A stretch of 20,681 bases of DNA from Armatimonadota bacterium (GCA_034722055.1 JAYENL010000100.1:1-20681); one strand, 5' to 3'; shown: positions 8,639 through 17,983, numbered from the stretch's first letter. The notes: generated by a model not told the origin, from the letters alone. Translations and numbers: made by a program.

Positions 8639-9916
8639 CTACTCGCCGCCCGGCGCCGGGATGATGCCGGCCGCGACGAGTGCGGCGGCCTCCTCTGCGA
8701 CCTCCTCGGGGGCGTCCGCGGGCGTGATGGCGAAGAGCGTCCGCACGGCCTCGCCGGCGCCTGTGGGCACATGCTTGGGATCGGTGTAGAGCAGCATCGT
8801 CCCGAAGCGGGACTCTCCGAACACCTGGTCCGAGATCCAGCCCACGCCGGGGAGATCGCCGCGGCGAGCGGGCAGGTACACCCAGCCCACCGGGCCGATC
8901 TCGTCGTACTGCATGGACCACTCGTGCTCCCCCTGGGCCGTGACGTAGCCGTCGCCGGGCAGCCAGCCCCAGAAGCAGTACAGCTCCCGCTCGGCGTCGG
9001 CCAGGTTCGTCGCCTCCGCCATCACCATCAGCGCAGGATGGTCGGGGTGCACTCCGAAGCGATAGCTCAGGTGCAGGCCGGCCTCCTCGTCGGAGAAGGG
9101 CTGGCCATCCTTGTCGCGGAGCGCGGCGTCGGCCTGCACGATCTGCCAGCCGTTCCGTTCGCCGAGGACCTCAAGGTTGCGGAACTCCCGGCAGTAGAGG
9201 TAGGCCCCGCCCGCCTGCACGGTCAGATACGCCGAGACCTCAGCGGCGTCCACCACCACGTTCTCCTGCCACTGAGCCCTGGCGGTGAAGCCCGCCCCGC
9301 CGCCGGCGAGAGAGACACTTTGCCCGTCGGCCGCCACCTCCGCACCGGCGATGGAGAAGCGAAGCGGGACCGCGGCCTCGTTCGCCAGCGGGGAAAGGTC
9401 GGCGACTGTCAGCGAGCCGTCGTAGGCGCCTGGGCCCAGCCCGCTCAGGTCGAGTCGCACGGTGGCGGAGCGCGCCTGGCGGTCCTCTGCGACTACCTCG
9501 AAGCGGGCCGCGTCGCCGCCGGAGACCTCCAGCCGCATGGACTGCGTATCCACGGGGTTGGCATCATCCACCACGTCGAAGCTGATAACCCGCTGCTCAT
9601 CAGCCAGCCCGCCCAGGTCCATGCCCCGACCGGCCTGCAGCGCGACGCTCTCCTCGCCGATGGCGTAGCCGACGACCCGGGGCGGCTGCGCGTCGTCGAG
9701 CACCATCCAGTCGGGCTTGTTGATGACCACGAGCGCTCTGCCGCCGGCGGCCTGCTCGGGCGCGATGGAGAAGCTGACCACCCCGCCGGCCTCCTCGGCC
9801 TCCACCTCCTGCCACTGACCGTCGCCGCCGCGGATGTGCACCGTCGCGGCCTCGGCGGGGCCGACGAGCGCACACAGCGCGATGAGCGCGAGCGCACGGT
9901 GAGTGCGGCTCCTCAT
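8639..9916 (-). CDS. Secreted hypothetical protein (predicted beta-rich/Ig-like)
   Basis: Start moved to ATG 9916, which has GAGGAGGA upstream; 425 aa. Signal peptide MRSRTHRALALIALCALVGPAEA; Ig-like segment ISFDVVDDANPVD..LDLSGLGPGAYDGSLTVAD; no family recognised. Confidence 0.8.
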   Translation of the reverse strand: MRSRTHRALALIALCALVGPAEAATVHIRGGDGQWQEVEAEEAGGVVSFSIAPEQAAGGRALVVINKPDWMVLDDAQPPRVVGYAIGEESVALQAGRGMDLGGLADEQRVISFDVVDDANPVDTQSMRLEVSGGDAARFEVVAEDRQARSATVRLDLSGLGPGAYDGSLTVADLSPLANEAAVPLRFSIAGAEVAADGQSVSLAGGGAGFTARAQWQENVVVDAAEVSAYLTVQAGGAYLYCREFRNLEVLGERNGWQIVQADAALRDKDGQPFSDEEAGLHLSYRFGVHPDHPALMVMAEATNLADAERELYCFWGWLPGDGYVTAQGEHEWSMQYDEIGPVGWVYLPARRGDLPGVGWISDQVFGESRFGTMLLYTDPKHVPTGAGEAVRTLFAITPADAPEEVAEEAAALVAAGIIPAPGGE

Positions 9917-9963
9917 GTGTGTCCTCCTCTGGTCGGGCTGGTCTGCGCGAGCATCCCGGAGCC

Positions 9964-9991
9964 CTTCCTGCACCGGCCCGCGGTCTCCTCG
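9964..9991 (-). promoter_or_regulatory. Candidate alternative-sigma promoter motif AGG-N19-GAA (copy 2)
   Basis: Minus strand CGAGG-agaccgcgggccggtgca-GGAAG(GG) in the 80-nt gap, about 49 nt upstream of ATG 9916. Confidence 0.4.
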
Positions 9992-9996
9992 CCGGG

Positions 9997-10794
9997 CTAC
10001 ATTGCCATGATCCTGCGGATCTTCTCAGCCGTGCCCTCCAGGGACTCGAGGCCGGGGCTGACCTCCGAGATGAGCGCGTCGTCGTAGCCGATGTTGCGCA
10101 GCTCCTCCATGACCGCCGGGAAGTTGACGTCGCCCTCCAGAAGCGGCTTCCACTGGTATCCGTCGCGCTGGAAGTCCTTGACGTGGACCTTCTTGACGCC
10201 ATTGCCCACGATCTTCACCCACTGCGCGGGGTAGCTCTGGATGACCATGTTGCCGGTGTCGAAATACAGGCCCACGTGGGAGGACCCCACCTCGCCGAGG
10301 AAGCGCGCGAACTCCATCGGGGACAGCAGGAAGCGGTTCCAGACGTACTCGATGGCAATGACCACGTCGATGTCCTCAGCAAAGGGGGCCAGGTCCAGCA
10401 GCGCCTCGCGGGCGTTGTAGTATGCGTCGTCGTAGTGGCACTCCTCGCTGACCCGGCCGGGCACCAGCAGCCAGGTGTCGATGCCGAACTTGTTGACGAC
10501 CTCCAGGATGCGCTTGATCTCGTCCACGCTCTCCCGGCGGCGTGTCTCATCGTTGGTCATGATGTCCGGCCGGGGCTCACCCGAGCCGACCGCGGAGGCC
10601 AGCTCGATCTCCATGTCCTCCGCCATCGTGACCATGTCCGCGATCTTCTGGTCGGTCATGCTCGCGAGCGCCGTGTCGCGCTGCTCGCGGAAGGTCAGCT
10701 CGAACGCCTCGTAGCCGGCGTCCTTTGCGTTCCGGAGCGTCTCCTCGTAGCTCCACTCGTTCGGGGTGATGATCCCGCTCAGTCCAACCTTCAT
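9997..10794 (-). CDS. Sugar phosphate isomerase/epimerase family protein (AP_endonuc_2 / xylose-isomerase-like TIM barrel)
   Basis: 265 aa, RBS GGGAGG. AKDAGYEAFEL, IAIEYVWN, GLYFDTGN, VHVKDF, GDVNF, IGYDDALISE give the E/D/H/E metal-ligand pattern of this family. Confidence 0.92.
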   Translation of the reverse strand: MKVGLSGIITPNEWSYEETLRNAKDAGYEAFELTFREQRDTALASMTDQKIADMVTMAEDMEIELASAVGSGEPRPDIMTNDETRRRESVDEIKRILEVVNKFGIDTWLLVPGRVSEECHYDDAYYNAREALLDLAPFAEDIDVVIAIEYVWNRFLLSPMEFARFLGEVGSSHVGLYFDTGNMVIQSYPAQWVKIVGNGVKKVHVKDFQRDGYQWKPLLEGDVNFPAVMEELRNIGYDDALISEVSPGLESLEGTAEKIRRIMAM

Positions 10795-10867
10795 GACAGG
10801 CCTCCCATCGTGTGTGCGCGGCCAGAGGCCGCGGATAGCGTCCGGTGTGTGCGTGTTGGGTCCAGCA

Positions 10868-10895
10868 ATTCTACGCAGGCAGCGCGACGCCCTTC
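10868..10895 (-). promoter_or_regulatory. Candidate promoter motif AGG-N19-GAA (copy 3; also contains TAGAAT)
   Basis: Minus strand GAAGG-gcgtcgcgctgcctgcgt-AGAAT, about 75 nt upstream of ATG 10794. Confidence 0.45.
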
Positions 10896-10988
10896 ACCGC
10901 TCAGCCCCGATGCGCGTAGGGACGCCCGCGCCGGGGCGCCCCTGTAACGGTTGCGGTGCGCTGAAACAGTCGGCAGTGACGAAGCGCA

Positions 10989-12584
10989 TCACGGATAGTT
11001 GACGTCCACGCGCACATCGCGCCAGACCGGCGCCGGCTCCCGCTCGGCGCGGAGCGTGACCTCGACGTCATTGTAGCCCACCGCGAAGAGCTCGTGCTGT
11101 GGCGTGAAGCGCAGCCAGTCCTCGTCCCTCACCCCGCCGGTCACCTGCTGCCCGTTGACCTGCACCTCGACGTCTCCCGGCTCCTGCAGGCCGGTGATCT
11201 GCACCGAGAGCGTGACTTCCGGTTCCGGCTCCGCGGCGCCGAGCCCCTCACCGATCTCCACCCGCGTGCGCTCGGCCTCGCCACGGTGCAGCTCCTCCGG
11301 ACGGTCGGGGCAGAGCGTGGGCAGCTCGTTGTACTCCTCGCCGCCGGTGAGGAAGCCGCCGATGGCACGAGGACCGCGGACGGCGGCGAAGTAGGTCTTG
11401 TCCATGGTGCGCAAGTCATCCACCTCGCCGAGCTCGCGCCAGATGGGGCTGGTGGGGTTGAACAAGTTGAACAGGTAGATGCCGGCGCAGCCGTCCTGCC
11501 AGGCGTTCATGGCCCTGGCCCGGTACGCCTGCGGGGTCATGCGGGCGCGGCGGGCCTCATCGTCGCCCACCCGAGACTCGCTCAGCCCCGCGTAGACCGG
11601 CACCCCGTAGCGCCTTCCCAGTGCGACGCTGTCGCCCCACGGCCGCAGGCGAAAGTAGCCGCTGACGGTCATGATGTCCACCAGGTCGTCCGCCAGCCAT
11701 CGCTGGATGTTGAGGCCCACGCGCTCGGAAAGCTCCACCGAGTCCGGCACGCGCACGGAGATGAGGATGGGCCTGCCGCGGGCGGCGCCGACCTCGTCTG
11801 CCATCCTGCGCACGCGCCGCAGCAGATTCGTCATCTTCTCCAGGTCCTGCCTGGAGGCGGCGCCCTCGGTGGCGTGGTTGCGGAAGTAGATGAGGTGGCG
11901 GAAGAAGTCCAGCTCGATGCCGTCGATGTCGTAGCGGTTGCAGACGTCCTCGATGATGGCGAAGGCCCGGTCGCGGACAGCCTGTTCGGCGTAGTTGACG
12001 CCCGACCAGCACCTGCCCGAGCCCAGGCCCGGGAAGCGCTGGCCCTGCTGGCCGATGAGGTACTCGGGATGATCGCGTTTGAACTGCGGGAACAGCTCGG
12101 GGTAGTAGAGCTCGCCGTCGGAGATCGCCCCGTCGTGCACATCGTTCATGCGCATTGACCAGAAGATCTCCACATCGTGCTCGCGGCACCACTGCACCAT
12201 GATCTGGAGGGGATCCGTCCCCTGCTGCACCAGCGCGCCGGTGATGTTCTTGTCGAATATGCGGTCGGTGGTGTCGAACAGCTCCGCGACGTCCGAGCGC
12301 ATGGTGAACTGGCCGAAGCCAGCGCTCCAGGGGCAGTAGAAGATCGCATCGACCTGGGAGTCCGCGAGCGGGGCGGTGCGCTTGCTCAGCAGCTCCTCGC
12401 GGGTCGCCTCATCGCACTGGTAGACCGCGTCGTTGCCGTCGTTGTTGAAGATGATCCTGCGGGTGCGGTGGGCCGCCTCCCGTCGCATCTCTCGCATACT
12501 TCGCTCACCGTCCGTGGCCCGGCTGGCCGCGGGCACGGCCACCAGGATGATGGTCGCGAGAACGAGCAGTCCGTGCTTCCTCAT
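10989..12584 (-). CDS. Secreted glycoside-hydrolase-like TIM-barrel protein (GHL10/DUF187-like) with C-terminal beta-sandwich
   Basis: Signal peptide MRKHGLLVLATIILVAVPAASRA (alternative start GTG 12596); RRIIFNNDGND, FWSMRMNDVHD, YDIDGIELDFFRH, GIYLFNLF. Confidence 0.75.
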   Translation of the reverse strand: MRKHGLLVLATIILVAVPAASRATDGERSMREMRREAAHRTRRIIFNNDGNDAVYQCDEATREELLSKRTAPLADSQVDAIFYCPWSAGFGQFTMRSDVAELFDTTDRIFDKNITGALVQQGTDPLQIMVQWCREHDVEIFWSMRMNDVHDGAISDGELYYPELFPQFKRDHPEYLIGQQGQRFPGLGSGRCWSGVNYAEQAVRDRAFAIIEDVCNRYDIDGIELDFFRHLIYFRNHATEGAASRQDLEKMTNLLRRVRRMADEVGAARGRPILISVRVPDSVELSERVGLNIQRWLADDLVDIMTVSGYFRLRPWGDSVALGRRYGVPVYAGLSESRVGDDEARRARMTPQAYRARAMNAWQDGCAGIYLFNLFNPTSPIWRELGEVDDLRTMDKTYFAAVRGPRAIGGFLTGGEEYNELPTLCPDRPEELHRGEAERTRVEIGEGLGAAEPEPEVTLSVQITGLQEPGDVEVQVNGQQVTGGVRDEDWLRFTPQHELFAVGYNDVEVTLRAEREPAPVWRDVRVDVNYP

Positions 12585-12606
12585 CGCGTCGCACACCGCC
12601 TTCGTC

Positions 12607-13395
12607 TCAGAGCTCCCCGACGAGCTTCGTGGTCAGAAACTGCGCCACCTGCGTGGCCATCAGGCGGCGATCGCCGGCGTCGCTGAAGAAGTGGCCCGCA
12701 TCCGGGATGGGCGCCACGCGCGCCTCCAGCTCGAAGTGCTCCACCAGCGCCAGGATGTTCGTGATGGCGCTGAACTGGTCCTGGGTGCCGCTGACGAAGA
12801 GGAGGGGCTGCATCACGTCCTGCAGGTGCTGGAAGTCGGCGGGCTCGACGGGATCGTGGCCGGTCGGGAAGCCGATGCAGGCGCAGGCCTTCACATCCTG
12901 CCGGAGGGCGCAGGCCTTCAGCGCCACCTGTGAGCCGAAGGAGTAGGCGGCCAGCCCGCAGCGCTCGGCATCCACCTCCGGCCGCGACCGCAGGAACGTC
13001 AGCGCCCCCAGCACGTCCTGAACCTCGCCGCGGCCCTGGTCATGGTCCCCCTCGGACCCGCCCACCCCGCGGAAGTTGAAGCGCAGCGTGGCGATGCCCC
13101 GCTCCAGGAGCTGGTCGCGCACGGCCAGCACCACGGGGTCGCTCATAGTCCCGCCCATGAGCGGGTCGGGATGGCAGAGGACGGCGCCGGCGACGAGTGT
13201 GTCGGCGTCGGCCCGCAGAGGGATGCACAGCTCACCCTCCAGCAGGGGCGCGTCCTCGCCCGCCGCGGGGAAGCTGACCGGATCCTGCACCGGCGGCACC
13301 GGCTGGTCGGTGCCGGTCTCCTGCGCCCATGCGCATGTGACGACGGCCAGGGCCAGCACAGCGGACGCCATCGGCACGACGCTGCGTGCGCTCAT
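12607..13395 (-). CDS. Alpha/beta fold hydrolase (COG2945-like)
   Basis: 262 aa; LCHPDPLMGGTM, LRFNFRGVGGSEG, nucleophile elbow AYSFG, GTQDQF and AGHFF (Ser-Asp-His triad); ATGA overlap with the upstream gene. Confidence 0.9.
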   Translation of the reverse strand: MSARSVVPMASAVLALAVVTCAWAQETGTDQPVPPVQDPVSFPAAGEDAPLLEGELCIPLRADADTLVAGAVLCHPDPLMGGTMSDPVVLAVRDQLLERGIATLRFNFRGVGGSEGDHDQGRGEVQDVLGALTFLRSRPEVDAERCGLAAYSFGSQVALKACALRQDVKACACIGFPTGHDPVEPADFQHLQDVMQPLLFVSGTQDQFSAITNILALVEHFELEARVAPIPDAGHFFSDAGDRRLMATQVAQFLTTKLVGEL

Positions 13396-15374
13396 CTCTC
13401 GCCTCCTCGCCGGCGGGCCCCCGCCGGGATCTCCGCCGGTGTGCTGGTGGCGCCCAGCGCCATCAGCGGCAGGTAGCGTTCGGCCAGCGCCTCCTGATAG
13501 TTGAAGAGGGCGAAGCCCTCACAGCCCAGCCGTCGCGCAGCCTGCACCTGATCCAGCACCCCCTGGGGCGCAATCTTCGGCTCGATGTCCGCGAAGGGGC
13601 CGATGCCCATGACCACGGGCGCCTTGCCGCCTGCCCACGCCTCCTGCTTGCGCACCCAGCCCTGAAACTCCTCCATGTCCGCTGTGTAGGTCATGGGGCA
13701 GACGAAGTCCACCAGCCCCTCGTCGATCCAGCCCTTCCAGTCCTGGCCGAAGGTGTGCCGGTGGCTCTCCCAGTTGATGAAGACCGCCGCGGAGACGGTG
13801 GCGTCGGGGTCGGCCTGCTTCACCTTCTGGCGGATGGTGCGCAGCAGCGATGTGATCTGCTCCCGCCGCCACTGCTGAAAGCGCTCGCGCAGCGTCCCGC
13901 TGAGCACATCCTCCGGCCAGCTTTTCACCGTGACGCCGGTATCGGCCTGGAAGCGCTCCCGGCAGGTCTTGCAGACGCAGCGGTCCTTCCATGAGTAGCG
14001 CAGGTAGTCGAGCTGCACGCCCTCGGCGCCCCAGGTGCTGACCATCTCCACTGCGGTCTGGATGATCTGCAGCCGGTTCTGGTGATCGGATGGACACAGC
14101 CACTGCGTGTCCGGTCCCGACGGGGAGAGCGCGATGCGGCCCTGCTGCTTGAGCTGCTCCTTGTGCTCCGGCGAGGCGCCCATGGTGAACAGGCCCAGGA
14201 TGCGGGGATGCACCTCGACCCCGTGCTCCCGCCCCCAGCGAATGGCCTCCGCGAGAGGATCGCCCGCCGAGTGGTGGGCGCGGGGGAGAATGCGGCTGGG
14301 GTACCAGGCCGCGGCTCCTGAGGCCATGTAGGGGAAGACCATGTTGAAGTGGGCCTCATCCAGTCTGCGAATGGCGTCCTGCCATCCGCCGTCCACGGTG
14401 GGCGAGGCCCAGACCGCGCGAATCTCCGGCGATCGCGACGGGTAGGAGCGCCACCAGGCGCGCTGGGCGAGCTGCCGGGCCCGCCGTGACGCCGCGATGG
14501 CGCCCTCCTGATGCCCCTCCAGCAGCCGCCGCGGGATGCCGGCCAGCAGCTCCTGGGCCTCGCGCACGTCGGCCTTCGAGCCTGCCAGGTGCTGCCCCTG
14601 GGCCTTGCGGAGGGCGGCGGCGAACTCGGCGAGGGACGCATAATGCCCCACCGGGCCGATGCGGCGGGGAGCGCGGGGAGCCAGCGCCGTCCACAGGCCG
14701 GGCACGAAGTGTCCCACCAGCCCTCGCAGCAGGTTCGTGAGCTCGCCCTGCCTCTCCGGCGACGGCGGGCAGCCGATGACCGCCCCCCGGTCGGAGAGGA
14801 TGATGGCGTCATCCCCGGCGGCGCGGTTGAGGCCCGTCATCCACCGCCCGATCATGAGCCCGCCCTCGGCGGGCCTGAGATCGCGCACGACCTCGCCCCC
14901 AAGCACCATGCTCTCCGGCAGGCCCAGGGGTCGCCGGTCGGTGAGCCGGATGGCGGAGTACTGCTCCGGGAACTGCTCGTGCAGAAACGCGCCGAGGTCG
15001 GCGCCGAGATCGGTGGCGAGCTCCGGGCGCGTGGTGTAGAACGCGATGAGATGGGCGGGGCGGTCAAGGAAGGCGCGCAGGTGGCGCAGCTCGTCGTCGC
15101 TGATGGCGCGGTTGTAGGGGAGAATGGCAACGGGCACGTCGGGCAGACCCCAGTGCTCGACCGTGCTGTCGGACGTCTCGCGGACCGGGATGCCGGCGCT
15201 GCGCAGGGCTTCGACGACGGTCGTGTAGCGCTGGCGGGCGACCTCTTTGGTCTCCGGCCCCGCGCCTCCGACGAACTCGCCCTCGACCACGGCCACCTCC
15301 GGCACCTGCGCCCCGCCGGTGGCGGTCGTCAGGAGCAGGCCTGCCAGCGCCAGGGACGCGGCCGGCCTCGTCAT
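13392..15374 (-). CDS. Secreted family-10-like glycosyl hydrolase (GHL10/DUF187) with N-terminal accessory domain
   Basis: About 660 aa; ATG overlaps the argS stop (TGATG); signal peptide; EIRAVW, FNMVFP, GVEVHP, GVQLDYLRY, QDWKGWIDEGLVDFVCPMTY, GFALF. Confidence 0.85.
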   Translation of the reverse strand: MTRPAASLALAGLLLTTATGGAQVPEVAVVEGEFVGGAGPETKEVARQRYTTVVEALRSAGIPVRETSDSTVEHWGLPDVPVAILPYNRAISDDELRHLRAFLDRPAHLIAFYTTRPELATDLGADLGAFLHEQFPEQYSAIRLTDRRPLGLPESMVLGGEVVRDLRPAEGGLMIGRWMTGLNRAAGDDAIILSDRGAVIGCPPSPERQGELTNLLRGLVGHFVPGLWTALAPRAPRRIGPVGHYASLAEFAAALRKAQGQHLAGSKADVREAQELLAGIPRRLLEGHQEGAIAASRRARQLAQRAWWRSYPSRSPEIRAVWASPTVDGGWQDAIRRLDEAHFNMVFPYMASGAAAWYPSRILPRAHHSAGDPLAEAIRWGREHGVEVHPRILGLFTMGASPEHKEQLKQQGRIALSPSGPDTQWLCPSDHQNRLQIIQTAVEMVSTWGAEGVQLDYLRYSWKDRCVCKTCRERFQADTGVTVKSWPEDVLSGTLRERFQQWRREQITSLLRTIRQKVKQADPDATVSAAVFINWESHRHTFGQDWKGWIDEGLVDFVCPMTYTADMEEFQGWVRKQEAWAGGKAPVVMGIGPFADIEPKIAPQGVLDQVQAARRLGCEGFALFNYQEALAERYLPLMALGATSTPAEIPAGARRRGGER

Positions 15375-17050
15375 CACATCCGCTCCGGGGCGCTGACGCC
15401 CAGCAGTCCGAGAAGGTTGCGCAGCACCTGGCCGGTGGCGCTGACGAGGGCCAGGCGGGCCTTGGAGAGGTCTGGCTCCTGCTCGTCGATGACGCGGCAG
15501 GTTCCGTAGAACTGGTGGAAGGTGGCCGCCAGCTCGCGGGAGAGATGGGCCAGGCGGTGCGGCGCCCGCCGCCGGGCGGCGTCGCTGACCTCGCCGGGGT
15601 AGTCGGCCAGCCAGCGCATCAGCCGCCGCTCGTCCTCATGGTCCAGCAGCGACAGGTCGGCCTCCTGAAGGTCGTCGGTGGCGAAGCCGCGCTCCCGGGC
15701 CTCGCGCAGGATGCTGCTGATGCGGGCGTGGGCGTACTGCACGTAGTAGACGGGGTTCTCCTCGCTCTCCTTGCGGGCCAGCTCCAGGTCGAAGTCCAGG
15801 TGCGAGTCCACGGAGCGGGAGAGGAGGAAGAAGCGGGTGACGTCCCGACCCACCTCCTCGATCAGCCCGGGGAGGGTGACGATCCTGCCGGCGCGCTTGG
15901 ACATGCGCACGACCTCGTCGCCCTCGGTCAGCCGCACGATCTGGTGGATGATGAACTCGGTGGCCTCCGGGTCCACGCCGGCGGCGGCCATCCCGGCCCT
16001 GACGCTTGGCACCTGCGCGGCGTGGTCGGGCCCCCACACGTAGATGCAGTGGTCGAAGCCCCGCCCCAGCTTGTCGTCCACGTAGGCCAGGTCGGTCATC
16101 AGGTAGGTCTTCGCCCCGCTCCGGCGCACCAGGACGCGGTCCTCCTCGTCGCCGTAGTCGGTGGTGCGCAGCCACAGCGCCCCGCCCTGCTCATAGACCA
16201 CGCCGCGCTGGCGCAGCTTTTCGATCTTCTCGTCGATGGCGCCCTCCTCGAAGAGCGTGCGCTCGCTGAACCAGACGTCGAACTCGACGCCGAGCATCTG
16301 GCAGGTGTCCCTGATCTGCTCGACCACCAGCTCCTCGGCCAGCAGGGCGACGCGGTAGTGGCCCTCCTCATTGGTGGCGATCTCCGACACCACCTGCCGG
16401 CCGTGGCGGTCGATCAGCTCCCGGGCGTAGTCGATGATGTAGTCGCCCGTGTAGCCGTCCTCGGGCATCTCCCAGTCGAGGCCCAAAAGCTCTCTGGCGC
16501 AGGCCTGCACGGAGGCCCCGAAGAGCAGAAACTGCGTGTTGTCGGGCCCGTCGTTGAGGAGGTACTCGCGCTCCACCTCGTAGCCGGCGGCCTCCAGGAG
16601 ACTCGCGAGGGCGTCGCCGTAGGGGCCGCCGCGGGCATTGCCGATATGCAGAGGGCCCACGGGGTTGGCGGAGATGAACTCCACCTGCACCCGCGTTCCG
16701 GCTCCCTCGCTGCTGCGCCCGTAGCTCTCGCCCAGCAGCAGCACGTCGCGCACGGTGTCCTGCAGCCAGGTGGGGGAGAGGTGGAAGTTGATGAAGCCCG
16801 GCCCGGCGATCTCCACGCGGTCGAGCACCGGGCACTGTGGGAGGCGCTCGACGAGTATCTCCGCCACCTCTCGCGGGGACATGCCGGCGTCACCGGCCAG
16901 CCGCATGGCGATATTGCACGAGAAGTCGCCGAGGTCGGGCGAGGGGGGCTGGTCGAGAAGGATCTCGGCCTCGCACTGGGGCAGATCGCCGCACTCGCGA
17001 GCGGCCTCCAGGGCGGTGCTGAGAAGCTCGATCAACTGCGCCTCTGCCAT
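15374..17050 (-). CDS. argS: Arginine--tRNA ligase
   Basis: 558 aa, RBS GGAGGAG; GDFSCN, AGPGFINF, VEFISANPVGPLHIGNARG (HIGH-like), WGPDH, MSKRAG (KMSKS-like), NPVYYVQYAHARISS, LGVSAPERM. Confidence 0.98.
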   Translation of the reverse strand: MAEAQLIELLSTALEAARECGDLPQCEAEILLDQPPSPDLGDFSCNIAMRLAGDAGMSPREVAEILVERLPQCPVLDRVEIAGPGFINFHLSPTWLQDTVRDVLLLGESYGRSSEGAGTRVQVEFISANPVGPLHIGNARGGPYGDALASLLEAAGYEVEREYLLNDGPDNTQFLLFGASVQACARELLGLDWEMPEDGYTGDYIIDYARELIDRHGRQVVSEIATNEEGHYRVALLAEELVVEQIRDTCQMLGVEFDVWFSERTLFEEGAIDEKIEKLRQRGVVYEQGGALWLRTTDYGDEEDRVLVRRSGAKTYLMTDLAYVDDKLGRGFDHCIYVWGPDHAAQVPSVRAGMAAAGVDPEATEFIIHQIVRLTEGDEVVRMSKRAGRIVTLPGLIEEVGRDVTRFFLLSRSVDSHLDFDLELARKESEENPVYYVQYAHARISSILREARERGFATDDLQEADLSLLDHEDERRLMRWLADYPGEVSDAARRRAPHRLAHLSRELAATFHQFYGTCRVIDEQEPDLSKARLALVSATGQVLRNLLGLLGVSAPERM

Positions 17051-17089
17051 CCGGTCGCTCCTCCGGTAGGATTGCTGCGCGGAAGCGGC

Positions 17090-17983
17090 TCAGAAGTCGA
17101 GCCACAGGTGGAGGTAGTGGGAGTAGATCCAGTTGGCGAGCGACAGACCGGCCATCATCCCCACGAACATCTGAATGAGGCCGCGGCGCCAGATGCTCAC
17201 CAGCGGTGCGACCGGCTGGCCCTGTCGCTCCCGCCACAGCCGGAGGATCTTCCGCCCGGCCTCCAGACCCGCCCTGAGCTGGCGGTCAGTCGGCTCCTTG
17301 GTGGCGAAGGTGGCCTGGATGAGGTAGCCGGTGTGAAAGCGGAGGCCCCAGCCGAGGATGATCACTGCCGCGCCGGCCACGGGATCGATGCTCCACAGCG
17401 GCTGGGCGAACAGCAGCAGGGGCAGCAATCCGGCCAACAGGTTCGAGCCGCAGCGGCGGTGCGCCCGGGGCATCTGCCGGGCGCCATCCATCGTCGGCTC
17501 CCCGAAGTGCTCGATGGCGCTGATGACCTTATGCTCGGCGGCGTGATAGCCCGACAGCGGCGAGATGCGCATCAGCACCAGGAAGCTCAGGATCATGAGC
17601 AGGTTAATCACGATCTGCAGCCATGGCGCGGTCTCTGCCTCCAGGCGGCTGGTAGGTACCATCAGCAGCATGGGCGTGAGCGGGAGGCTCCAGGCCTGCT
17701 CCAGCAGCCACGAGACCACGTAGGTGAGCACCATGGCGCCGGAGCCCAGAGCGGCGATGGAGAGACCGGTGAGCAACAGCCACGTGTCCCCCGCCGTGCG
17801 ATCGGTGCCCACGGACATGAAAACGCCGCCGGGCATGGCGGTACCGCTGATGCGCGGGGGACCCACGGCGGGTCGGGGCCGCATCCAGTCGGGGTAGATG
17901 GACTCGCCGGGCTGGCGCGGGATCGCGATCGGCTCGTCAGCACGCGCTCCAGGTTGCGGATGGCCGCGAGTTAATGCTATCAT
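17090..17983 (-). CDS. DUF1385 family membrane protein (start uncertain: 17983 or 17884)
   Basis: YHAAEHKVI and HRRCGSN motifs, TKEPTDRQL, several hydrophobic segments; [12 protein letters not shown] resembles the family's N-terminal GGQA..EGVMM motif. Confidence 0.85.
   Translation of the reverse strand: MIALTRGHPQPGARADEPIAIPRQPGESIYPDWMRPRPAVGPPRISGTAMPGGVFMSVGTDRTAGDTWLLLTGLSIAALGSGAMVLTYVVSWLLEQAWSLPLTPMLLMVPTSRLEAETAPWLQIVINLLMILSFLVLMRISPLSGYHAAEHKVISAIEHFGEPTMDGARQMPRAHRRCGSNLLAGLLPLLLFAQPLWSIDPVAGAAVIILGWGLRFHTGYLIQATFATKEPTDRQLRAGLEAGRKILRLWRERQGQPVAPLVSIWRRGLIQMFVGMMAGLSLANWIYSHYLHLWLDF
17954..17983 (+). promoter_or_regulatory. Sigma70-type promoter for rpmB (extended -10)
   Basis: TTGCGG (17954-17959), 18-nt spacer, TATCAT (17978-17983) preceded by TGc; about 66 nt upstream of ATG 18050. 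Confidence 0.6.

Noticed and set aside
8558..10947. Plus-strand ORFs of 509 and 342 aa
   Set aside because: Antisense shadows of the two minus-strand genes, which have RBSs and a signal peptide or family motifs.
15515..17974. 819-aa plus-strand ORF
   Set aside because: Antisense shadow spanning argS and DUF1385.
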